This document shows, one piece after another, positions 1 to 11,457 of a stretch of 64,000 bases of DNA. Source of the DNA: Paragordius varius (Eukaryota > Animalia > Nematomorpha); assembly GCA_964247055.1 (NCBI GenBank), contig OZ176051.1:5704001-5768000 (forward strand). The letters run 5' to 3'. The position numbers and the translations under genes are program-made. Under the pieces are notes generated by a model that searched no databases, was not told the DNA's origin, and worked only from the letters and a program-made list of their open reading frames with translations. How positions within the stretch are numbered: the first letter of the stretch is position 1; each line of letters starts with the position of its first letter.

Positions 1-407
1 AGCACTGAAAGCGTCTAAATATATGATTATATATAAACTCTTACCTTTGATTTAATATTAGTAAAATTTACACCCAATTCTATTACATTTTAGAATAAAT
101 TATAACCTTCTAATAATGGAATCGAATCGTCATCATCCGTTGAGGTATTGGTATTTGTTGATGATGGGTTAAAAATTTGTCCTTGATAATCATAATGTGA
201 ATTATTATTTTGGGCATTTGGTGATGTGTAATCAAAAGATTGAAATTGCCTATTTATATGTAAAAAATATTAAAATCCAATTATAATAAATTACAAATAA
301 ATATATTAATACATATCATAATTAGCTGGATTATAAATTGTCGTTGGAAACGGAACAGAATTCGTTGATTGATTCATAGGATACCAAAAATCCTTATTTT
401 CTGTCAT
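1..407 (-). CDS. YIPF5: Yip1-domain Golgi protein (YIPF5/7-like), 5' part; gene runs off the left edge
   Basis: Exons 407-313, 249-107, 79-45 and 14-1, with GT-AG introns of 63, 27 and 30 nt, splice in frame to MTENKDFWYP...DDDDSIPLLEELGVNFTNIKSKTLSVL. This matches the Yip1 motif [23 protein letters not shown]. Confidence 0.88.
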
Positions 408-492
408 ATTATTTAAAAAACACGCGGATTCGATCACGCTTTAACCTTTTGCTTTTCGGTTTCTTTCTCTAATTTATTTTTATACGTTGCAC

Positions 493-3400
493 ATGGACAG
501 CGCATTAAGCTTAGATTTTCTTAAGTTTGTTATACCTATTTCCATTGTTATTGGAGTAGGAAGTGTAATATTTTTGTTTGGCTTTAAAAAAGCTGAAATT
601 CCTCCATCTTTTGATGATATTAGCGAAGATAAAAAGGGTAAAAAGAAGAAAATAAAATTCGAGAAGGTAAATTTTTTTAATTATCCCTTTTTAGAAAAAC
701 AAAGCTAAAACAGCGGATAATGCTAAAAAACCTGTTGCTACCAAGAAAAAGGTTGAAACGGAATCTTCAGTATGATTTTCTTTTATTTTTAGGATAAAAC
801 GGTAAAAAAAGAGGTAACCAAGCCAAAAGATAAAAAATCGAAGGATCAAGAAAAAGTTAGCAATACAGTAACAGGTTTATAAATTTTAATTAACAATTTA
901 GACGGTAGTTGGACAACAATTCCAACCAAGAAAGAGAAAAAACCAGTAGCCGTGGTCGGAAAACAAAATTCTTCCAACAAAATTTCACCCAGAGTATTTA
1001 TAATTTTTTTAAGTGTTTTAATATTTTAAATATAAAAAATACATTTTTGATTTTTAGGATATGTCTGTAGCCAGTAGTATAACATCTAGCGTTCCAATCG
1101 TTTCCAAGCCTCAACAAATTGTAAATCCGACCCTTATTAACCCTACAACAATCCATCACCATAATATGAAGTATGTCTCTTGCACTATAATGTTTTGCAT
1201 ACATTAATTAATAAAATATTATAAAATATCCAATAATGGAAAGGTTTATTTAGCTCAGGAATACCTATTGTAACACTTCTATATTAGGGGGGAGGGGCGT
1301 GGAAAAATTTAGGGATGTAAAAAATAATCTTTATATGCAAGTTAATAACATATGGCACAAACTTAAGGGGTGCAATAAAAAGATTTGCTAGTAATTATTA
1401 AGCCTTTTTTCTTATAACAAACCTACATATCTCGTAATGTAATCTTTTGTCGCAAAAAATTATTTGTAAAAATTAAAACATGATTATTAATTGAAAATGC
1501 CAAAATGGGTATAAATTTAAATAATAATATAGCGGTGAAATAAATGAATTTTGGATTTAACATTACTTGTCTGCCCATTTTTTTGCTTTTGTTTTTTATC
1601 TATTTAAAAAAATTTACAAAGCCACATAATTTAATTCTCGTTTTTTTGGTTCTAATTATATACTATTTGATGAAGGCATGGTCATAAAGTAGTTAGGCAT
1701 CCTTCTTATGCTCTTTCAAATCCTAAATTGCACAATTTTTTGAATTATTGTTAACCGGGGTAGACACAAGTTTAAAAAGTCCTGATTATTTAAAATGAGT
1801 AAAGAGAATATTTTTTCCGTTTTAAGCATGAACACAAGCAATGCGAATCCTGCTACAAGACGCTTAGGTTATGACGATGATGATACAATGAGCCCAACTG
1901 CTCTCATGATGATGGAACTTGAAAGACATCAAAGAAAAGCCGCCGCCGCCGCTGCTGCTAATAACGATTCTTTCAACCATGAAATGGCCAATAATGGTGG
2001 TGGTGGGGGCAGTAAGGAACAACGCGCTCTACGCCAAAAACTAATGGATATGATGGCTGAGGAAAGAGCTGCCATGGAACATAGAAATGTATACATATTA
2101 TCTGACTTTATGTCTTTGCCTAAAATTTAGCTTGCTTTTGTATTATTGGTTTGGCACAGTTAGTGGGATTCCATGGATTAATTTACTATATATGTCTCTA
2201 TCATTTGTTGCGTTTCGAGTTATGTTTTGGAATTTAAAAGCTTGTTCTATGATTTGAGTCCAAGTTGTTTTGATTTATCAAATATAACTTTTATTATTGC
2301 TAAAATATTAGTATGATACTTTTTACAGAGAGAGCTATTTAAAAATAAATGGCTGATGAATTAGTTCGGATACACCGAAATTTACACTCATTTATATACA
2401 TTGTCTATTTATAATACGGCGATCCATGTTGGCATGATAAACATTATATCAATAAATATTGGCTTTCAGATATATTTAGCGGTTTTTCAATTCGGAGTTT
2501 TGATTTTTATAGTTACTAAGAAAAATATGTTAAATATAATATCACTGATCATTTTTGTATGTAAAATATGATAAATTACAAAATTAAAAAATAAGAAATC
2601 ACAAATGGATTGATTAATTCGGAAAAGTAGTTTTTTTAAACAATTTGAATATTGTAAGCGTATTTGACGGGCTTTTATTTTTTCCAAACTTTTTGCTATT
2701 TCCTCAACCCGTTTTTTTAATTAAAAGTATTTTTAATTCGCATAACTGTTTTTATAAAGTTTTTAATACTATAATTATTAATCAAATGATGATAGCTCAT
2801 GCCTAATGTGGTTTGTTTAACTTTTGACCTATATCTATCTTATATATGATGTATTGTTTGTTAGAGTGTATTTAAATATTATAATACACATTTTAATCCA
2901 TTTTATAATAACTTGTGTTGGGCGTAGGGCTATCATTATTTATTTTCCCCCTAATTCTTTAATTTATTCAATTAATGACCGAATCTATTTTCATATGATA
3001 ATACATTCCAAATATCACTTAAATTTAATTAAACCACATACATATATTTTCTAACAATTTAAATTTTTAATTATAATTAAATAATTGACATTATATATAA
3101 TTGAATATAATATTTTACACATTTTTAACTTTATATGTAATATATTTAATTGAGTTGCCTATGTAATTTTGGACAGATTAAGTTTAGGTTTTCTAAAACA
3201 ATTTTTTGTAGACAATCTATTTTAATATTGTTTTCCATATTCCTACAATATTTTCATTAATTTTGAGGGTAGGATAAATTTTATCTTTGACCTGTAAAAT
3301 ATTGCAAAAAAATATCGAATTTTTTATTATATATTGCCAGTTATCAAGAAAGAGCCATATTTTCATAATCTTATTTTTCTCTACATAAACTAATACACAG

Positions 3401-6400
3401 AATTTCAAATGTGTTACCAATGTACATCTCTATATCTTATTTTTAATCCAACACGATGAGTTATAATCAATTTTTTTTAAAAAATATATCTTTAATATAC
3501 GTTTTGTCGTATAATTTTAGTAACATTTGTTTTGTTACTTATAGGCCGATGACGATTACGACATGATGCATAATAATAATATGGGACAATATCACTCAAA
3601 TATTAATAAAATGGGTCCGCCGGGTGCTTTAAATTCTCTACAAAATGCGGCCTTTTCCAATAACAGTGGAAGTACGACGAATACGTCAAATAGTATTGCT
3701 GATTGGGAGGTTATACACTCTACTGCCCCCGGTCTAGCAGCAACTGGAATGGCTAAAGGTTTAACAAAGTTTTTTTTATTTTGATTTGGGGTTATTTTTT
3801 GCCTTCTAAATAGGGATTTTCTGGTTTAAGGTTTCGAGTTCGGGTGACCTAAATTTTGGAAGAAAGCTGTTTTGTACAAAATATGGATCGTTAGTTGGTT
3901 TTTAGTCGATTTTCAGCTTTGGTTGTTTTGTTTTTGGAAAAATAATTTTCGTGTCATTTTATTTTTTGATCTGATGTAATTTTTGGTATTTTTAATATTT
4001 CATTTTCTTGATGGGATTATAATAGCCGCAAAAACATAAAAAACTTTGCCTGTTACTTTATTTTGAATAGTTATAAATACATTAGTCTTATATTTAGCTA
4101 ACAAGGAGAACAATCTGATAGGTTATTATGATTCAAAAAATATAGAAATTTTTTTGAACCATTCATAATTTTATTTGGTGTAATACGGTTTTGAAAAACA
4201 AATTTGGTTTTGGCTTTACACAATGTCGCTTCTATTTACTGCTTTAAAACATGAATAATGAAAATGTAGTTTTAGCTTATTACGGCTTATACTAACAACA
4301 TTTTTAATATTGTACTCTTGATTTATATTTTGGGTAATTTATCTGTCAAAATTTTTGGATTTACACGTGGCTTTTTATTTTAAGAGGTAAAGTTAACAAC
4401 AGGATTATTTTTGAAATATTTTTCCTAAACGTTTAAATTCATTATCCTATTTTTTAGCATTTGTTAATTACATTTAATGATTAAAGAATTAATTAAAATT
4501 GTGTTGTATTTTTTGCGTTAAATTTTCTCTATTTGGTTAATATTATCTCAATTTTTGAAATAAAAAGTAAAACTTATTTATATAATATAAATAATTATAG
4601 ATGGTGGTCAAATGTTGGAACGTATTCGACCAGTTTTGAAAATTACTCCTGAGGAGGATTGGCAAGGATTATCACATTTATCTGCTGCTAACAATGTTGT
4701 TCAAGATGAAACATCAATGCATTGGGGAGCCCAAAATCTTGTTTATGATATGGGTAGAAAAAAATATTTTTACTTTAAATTAGTTTACTTGGTTCAGAAG
4801 TGTTAAAAATATAATTTTTTATTTGGTAAATGTATGATTTAAAAATCTAAAAAGTTTTGTATTTCTCATGACAGATAACAATAATAACTCTTTATCTTTG
4901 AAATTATAATTTTCCAACTATTTTTTTGCTTGTCACAAAATTAAACATTCCCTATCCATATTATGACGGGTATACACGATGTTTCAAAAAATCTTTATGA
5001 GAAGGAGTACTAATATTCAAGTAATTAATTAAACAAACTACATAAAAAATTACCTAAATAGGTGAAATCGTTGACGATTTCGAACCTACAATCTTCGATA
5101 CTAAACTCCCTTGATTTAGGGATGTTTGGTTTCCCTGATATACATCTTTGGCATTTAAAATTTTTATTGTCGACTAATTTTCCTTTCAAGTTAGAACATT
5201 TTTTATGAACCCACATTTTACACGATGTGCATAGAATGGAATTTGTTTTAACCTCGTTGTAACAAATGGAGCAAGGGTATTTTAAGGTCCTTTTTTTATC
5301 ACCTGTGATCATTACCTTCGTCTTTTCTATGTTTATTTTTAGTCCATGTTTCGAAACAGTTATTCCATTTAAGGTATGAGCTTTTCAGTTCATGAGCTGT
5401 TTTTGCTGTTATAACCAAGTCGTCAGCATACAGCATGTTCCATGGTGGAACAGCTGCAAAGTCTCTGCTTATGTAATCCATTATTATTATAAACAGTTGT
5501 GGGCTTAGGGTTGAGCCCTGATGGAGTCCTATATTAATATTAAAATAATTTGTGTTTCCGACTGGTGTTTTAACGCAGCTTTGTGCATGTTCATACAGGA
5601 GCATTATTAATTTTATTAAATATTCCTCGATTTTTTGATACCTTAATGCCTCAATTATGAGGTGTCTGGGTATTGTGTCAAACGCTCTTTCCAGATCTAT
5701 AAAGATGTGGAACAGCTTATGACCTTTTGCAAGGTATTTTTCTTGTAGGCGATTTAAAATAAAAATGGGTTCCGATGTGCTTTTACCTTCTTGAAAAGCA
5801 AATTGATTTTTATTTATTGTTATATTTTTGATCTATTTTTGATAACTGTTTCAAAGATTTTCATTCCGTGCTCTAAAAGTTTTAATGGGCGGTAGTTGGA
5901 GCAATCAAGGGCATCTCCTTTATTTTTATAAACGGGGTAAATGTAGCTTTTGTCCCAATCGGTTGGTATTGTGTTGCTTTTGTATACCAAATTAAACAGC
6001 TCTACCAAAAATTTAACAGTTATTGGTGTGGCCTTCATTAAATCTGCAGAGATCTCAGAGGGCCCAGTGGCTTTGTTAGATTTCATGTTTTTCATTACTA
6101 TTGCTATTTCGTCTGGAGTGAATTCCTGAATGGGGCCTTGTATGGCAGGATTTTCATGTGTAGTAACCTTAGATTCAGGGGGGTTAAATTTAGTTTCCAT
6201 AAATTTTTCCCATCTGTTTATTATGTCGTTGGGATTGATAAGAATATTATGTTCATCATCTTTAACGCAACGAATATTTTTGATATCCTTTTGGTTTTGA
6301 TTGTAGTTTTTGATTTTTCTAAAAATCAAGGGAGTTTAGTATCGAAGATTGTAGGTTCGAAATCGTCAACGATTTCGAACCTATTTAGGTAATATCAGTA

Positions 6401-9400
6401 ATAATAATGGGGACCCTCAAACAACCATATCACATAGAATCAAACTCGGCTGGGCAAAATTTAACCAACTCAAATATGTATTGACACATAAAGATATAAC
6501 CGTAAAAAATAAAATCAAAATGTATAAAGTGGGTGTCCGCCCTACCCTTACCTACGCCAGCGAAACCTGGGCAATCACAAAAACATTAGAATCGAGATTG
6601 AAAAGAACGGAAGATAAAATGCTAAAATATAAGATGATAAATCCTACCATTGAACTAGAACCAATAACAGCTTTTATCAGAACAAATAGACTTCGGTATT
6701 TTGGACACATAGACAGATCCAGTATAGACTCACCTGCAAAGGAAATTCTTGATTTACAGATTCCTGCCCCCAACCGTAAAGGGAGGCCTAAAACAACTTG
6801 GACTCAAATCATAGAACAAGACTTTAATTTCCTGAACATACCTCGAAACGCAACAAATGATAGAGACATATACCGTAAATTAATCCATGGAATCCCAATA
6901 ACTGGGCCAAACCAATAATACCATACATAAAAAATTAAAATCACATACCCAAAACGTAGTTTAAAGACAAATATTTTCAAAAAAAGGCAGCCATACTTTT
7001 CAAGGCTTAATTTTTGAATTTTAATAATTTTAAATTGACTCAATCATCCATTTATATCTCTATTCCTTATTTTACTACCCAACATAATATGTCATTTTAA
7101 TAAATTAAAGCTTAAAATATATGTTTGTCTTTTAAAAAATATTTGCCTTTTAGTTTTTACATTTTGTCCGTCTGTATAATTTACGTGCAATACCATTTTT
7201 AAGCAACATTTTTTACCCAAGCGAACGCAACATTTTTTAACTTTAAAAAATGTTGCGTTTGCTTGAAAAAATGTTGCGTTTGACTTAAAAATGATAATTT
7301 TTTAATGCGTTAGCACTCAGTGAAGAAGATACCTGGTTTGCCAATTATGGCGCTTACTTTGAGGAGGACGACAATGTTGCCAGCATTATTAGTAGTAATA
7401 CAAAGGGCAAAAAATCGCCCATTGAACGCGCCTACCTCGATGAAATTGAACGGAAACGCGAAAAACAAGCCCGTGATTTAGATCGTGGAACGTACAATGG
7501 AGCCGTCTTTGAATTTGCTGATGATCATTCACATCAAACTCATCATAATGTGGGAACTCCCTCTATGGGTATGGTGGCTGGAAATATCGTGGGTATGCCT
7601 AACACAGCTGGTAAAGGTAAGAGAGTTAGTTTTATGTTTAGTTTTGAAAAGTTGTGATTTCTAATTTTAGTAAATTTATTTTATTTTAAGTTTTAAAAAG
7701 TCCTAATTTCTCATTTTAGTAAATATATTTTACATTAAATTTATCGCAAAGGAAGTATACCATACATTACATATGGCTTTTGATCTAGCCAAATATGTGG
7801 AATTTTTGTCATAAAAATTTTCTTTGAAAATTTATATACCAACCACATTTATATATTAATACAGTAACGATAAACCAACTATTTACTAGACAACAAATTT
7901 TGACTTTATTTACGTGCCATTCGTGTAAAAAATTATATAAATAGTATATTTGAAAAAAATATTGGGCTAATACCTAAGAATTTTATTATTAGGGTTTATC
8001 TAAATTTTTTGTCCCCAATTTAACATAACATTCGAAATTTTCAAAATTAAAAATTTCAGATATAGAGCCATGTGTTATATCATATAAAAGAGCGCAAAAA
8101 ACTAAATCTTTCGAATGGTGGTTAGCCATTTATATCAATCTGATTTAAAAGTTATTTGGCTTTATATTGTTAAAATTTTAACCCTTAAATAAGTTAAATT
8201 TTTCATAGACAAACTAATTTAAAAATCATATGAATTGTTTTAATATAATTATTCGGTTTACATTAGTATAAATTTCAAAAAAATATTTTAAAGCTTTTGG
8301 TTTGCTTTTTTAAAAATTATTATTATCATAATTATTTACCTGATGAAATATGATGGTAATTTTATTAAAAACACAAAAAATTAATGGCTGTTTTTAATGA
8401 CATAAAATGATTAAATATTATATCATTTAGACATTCATTCCCATATACATAAAGTTTGAGCTATTTTATCCATTAGTTTTAAAAATATTTTTAGAAAAAC
8501 GTTCTTGCTTCGGGGGTTTGTCGCTTCCTATGTCCAATATTAACCATCGATGTAAAACATAAAATGCATTTTATAGAGTTTTCATTACTCTGGAATTTGT
8601 TATATATTTCCAAAACTTTTAGTAAAAGAGGGCGCATAATCATATAAAATCAAATTATACTAAATTTTTAGGTGGAATTAAGATTTTGATTTCAGTTTTT
8701 CTGTTAAAATGATAGTAAATATTAGAAAATACAAAAAACTCGAGTGGCAGAAAAATTTCTTGCCTAGTGTTATATAACACTCATAAAACGAGATATTATA
8801 ATTAATAAAATTTTAATTATTATTTAACTAATTTTTATCGTATAAAAAAAGGTTACCACATTTACATCAATTACTCAACTCATCTCATTATTATCATTAC
8901 ATGTTTTTGCCATAGGTGCTAACAAAAAGGGTATGTTTGTCGGTGGTGTTGGTACTGGAAACTACCCCGTGGGCATTGGTAATTTAATCCCGGGATTACA
9001 ATCAGCCAGTGGGACAAAAGTTCCTTACTATCAGAAATCTACGACGGATGATTTGGATTCAACGACGACTACCCCATATAAGCACAGTCCGGCCGGCGGT
9101 GCTAAAAATAATAGTATTAACACTGGAAAAAATGTTGGCCCAGCTACACATGATATGATGGATAATTCTAGTGGTCTTGCCAATGGGATGAATACTGGTA
9201 TAATGAGCGAAAATTATATTTTCTTATACTATGGGCTTTTATTATATCTTTTGCAATGAACCCTTTTTGAACTGGGGTGATTTTATTATTCCGAAAGAAT
9301 GATTTCATAGGATTATTAATAATTAACTAGTTATTTTATGGTACCGAATTTCTTTAGCAAAATAGATTTATAGGATAATAACAGCTTTTTATACATAATT

Positions 9401-9672
9401 CCGATTATGTTATTATATTGTAATGTATTTATGCTTTTTTTGAAAAAGTTCGTAAATTTAATACTCAATTAACTTTATAAATTTTGATATAAAAAATGTC
9501 ATATCCCTCTATAGAAAATGGGAAAGCCAAGAAGAAAAAGAAAAATAAATCAACATCATCGGGTCTTGTTGAAACACCCAAAGTTAATGGCGCTCCCCCG
9601 GCTTCCATGTTAAACCAACACCACAGTTCAACCGTACCTCGGGCAGGTAAAATGGTCAGTGGCGTAGCTTAA
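493..9672 (+). CDS. 11-exon, 635-aa single-pass membrane protein with a Lys-rich cytosolic region; tentatively metadherin/LYRIC-like
   Basis: Exons 493-666, 695-769, 793-874, 902-993, 1058-1170, 1827-2088, 3545-3758, 4601-4753, 7314-7616, 8916-9197 and 9515-9672 all have GT-AG boundaries with compatible phases (1908 nt, open to TAA). It has an N-terminal hydrophobic segment (FVIPISIVIGVGSVIFLFGF), then a Lys-rich tract and GSWTTIPTKKEKK. The family assignment is weak, and the join between exons 5 and 6 is inferred from phase only. Confidence 0.7.
5049..6923. mobile_element. 5'-truncated, 5'-inverted RTE-clade non-LTR retrotransposon (frameshifted) in an intron
   Basis: The minus-strand part (about 6321 to 5049) encodes RT motifs KATGP, YRPLKLL, IDLERAFD, GLHQGSTLSP, YADD and FTYLG. 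The plus-strand part (6323-6918) encodes the RTE C-terminus (RPTLTYASETW, RLRYFGH, KGRPKTTW). The direct repeat tacataaaaaatta lies at 5039-5052 and 6924-6937. Confidence 0.92.
7193..7294. mobile_element. Short MITE-like element, CCATTT-terminus family, subfamily with aacgcaacattttt arrays
   Basis: Reads ta|ccattttt...aaaaatga|ta with internal inverted aacgcaacattttt/aaaaatgttgcgtt units. A similar copy lies at 27925-28084. Confidence 0.6.
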
Positions 9673-10283
9673 ATATTCAACAAAATCACATACATATATA
9701 TGGTCTTACCATCAAACACATACTATATTTATCTTTTTTGCTCCCTTTTACACTTTTTATGACACCCTTATTACTTCCATTTTAATTGACTCTGACTTAT
9801 TGATTATAACATATAATCTTTCATTCTTATATTTACTTTGTAATTCTCCTTGATATTTTTTCCTTTCTAAAAGTCACTCATTTTTCTTGAATCGATCGTA
9901 ACTTTATATGTTATCGTTTTTTATCTATATGCTCAGAAATCGAATTTTATATGTGTCTCTCACGAAACGCATTATGCATGATTGATTTGGGTTCTTATCT
10001 TATCAAATTTAATGTTATTATATTTATGGCATATTATTTATGTATTTGCAATTACAAACCACTTTAATAATATAAACAGTCTTACTCTATAAGAATATTT
10101 ATAATTTTGCGCAATTTGTTTGAAATGCTATACAAAAAAATGGATAGATGGCAAAGTTTTTTTAATGTTAATTTAGTATCCATTTGAAACCTAATAAATT
10201 ATATTTTAAGCAGAAATTAATATTCTTCATATATTTATTAAAAATAGAAAAATATTTTGTAAGAAAAAACTGTAATTTAGATT

Positions 10284-11342
10284 TTATTTCTTTGTGTTTG
10301 AGCAAATGTTTGTGTTATTTTCTATGTGAGTCAAATATAGTTTTTTGTATTCCACATATTTATGATAGTATTCTGCAATTTTATTTACCGGTTTTGGCTC
10401 CAAATCTATAATACCCATTCTTACTTGATAGGATTCTTTTAGTTTGTCGTCTGAATAATCGAATGTGAAGATATTTTTAGAGTCGGCAGTTAGATCTACT
10501 TTTTGCAATGAAATCATAATGGAACAATCTTTAGCGCTTAAAGAAAGCAAAAAACGGAGTAAATAGGTTAAATATTTGTTAATTTTTGGTGTGTAACATT
10601 GCAATCGAACACAATGTGATAATCGTAGGAAAGTCCATTTGGGTAAGGAGGTAATTTTTCGTTTACAATATACGTAACATGCATAAATGTGATATATAGT
10701 GTGCCTATTATTTTTTTGCATCTTTAATATTTGTGTAAGGATGGGTGTTTTAACATTGTCGTAACTAGATAATATTTGGTATAAAAATTCAGTTGTAGAG
10801 GATAAATGTTTAGGGTTAGTAAAGTTATAAGCTTCATTACCATGTTCTATGTGCGTTGCATTAGAAAATATTAATAAATTATTTTGTCCACAGGCTAGTA
10901 GAGATTTAAGAGCTGCTTTAATTTGACCAGGATCATTTGCAAATAATTGACGAGGACAATATTGACTTTTAGATGTGACTTTATTCGTGTAAAATTTATG
11001 ACATTGTTTGTAATGAAAATCACATATATGTGAATCTAAAGTAGATAAGGGCGATTTCGGTTTAATTTCAATACACATGTCATTCTTCATGAAATTGAAT
11101 TGAGAGAGTCCGTAAACCACATTATGTGAAATACTTATTTGTATCGGCGATAAATTATATAATAAGGGAGTACTTATAAAACGTTTACATATTTTATTGT
11201 AGAAATATATTTTTTCCCAAATATATTTGTAACATGGTAAACTATATCGCTTTTTATCTATTCTTATAACAATATTACCGTTGTTTAGAATTATATTTTG
11301 GTTTCCTTGATTGAGGATAGGATGACCATTAGATATGATCAT
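10284..11342 (-). CDS. IPPK: Inositol-pentakisphosphate 2-kinase, apparently single exon (352 aa)
   Basis: Motifs GNQNII (EGNANLV-like), IEIKPK, YCPRQLF, QNNLLIF, SAKDCSIMI and IIDLEPKP. The first true ATG is at 11342; the ORF-track start at 11408 is TTG. Confidence 0.9.
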   Translation of the reverse strand: MIISNGHPILNQGNQNIILNNGNIVIRIDKKRYSLPCYKYIWEKIYFYNKICKRFISTPLLYNLSPIQISISHNVVYGLSQFNFMKNDMCIEIKPKSPLSTLDSHICDFHYKQCHKFYTNKVTSKSQYCPRQLFANDPGQIKAALKSLLACGQNNLLIFSNATHIEHGNEAYNFTNPKHLSSTTEFLYQILSSYDNVKTPILTQILKMQKNNRHTIYHIYACYVYCKRKITSLPKWTFLRLSHCVRLQCYTPKINKYLTYLLRFLLSLSAKDCSIMISLQKVDLTADSKNIFTFDYSDDKLKESYQVRMGIIDLEPKPVNKIAEYYHKYVEYKKLYLTHIENNTNICSNTKK

Positions 11343-11457
11343 ATTGGTTGTGTAATACAGTCCATAAAATGTATTATAATAATAAATTACGGAATTTTTG
11401 TTATACAATTTATATATTGAAGCAGCTGTAAAACCTCTCCTTATATTTTAAAATTAC

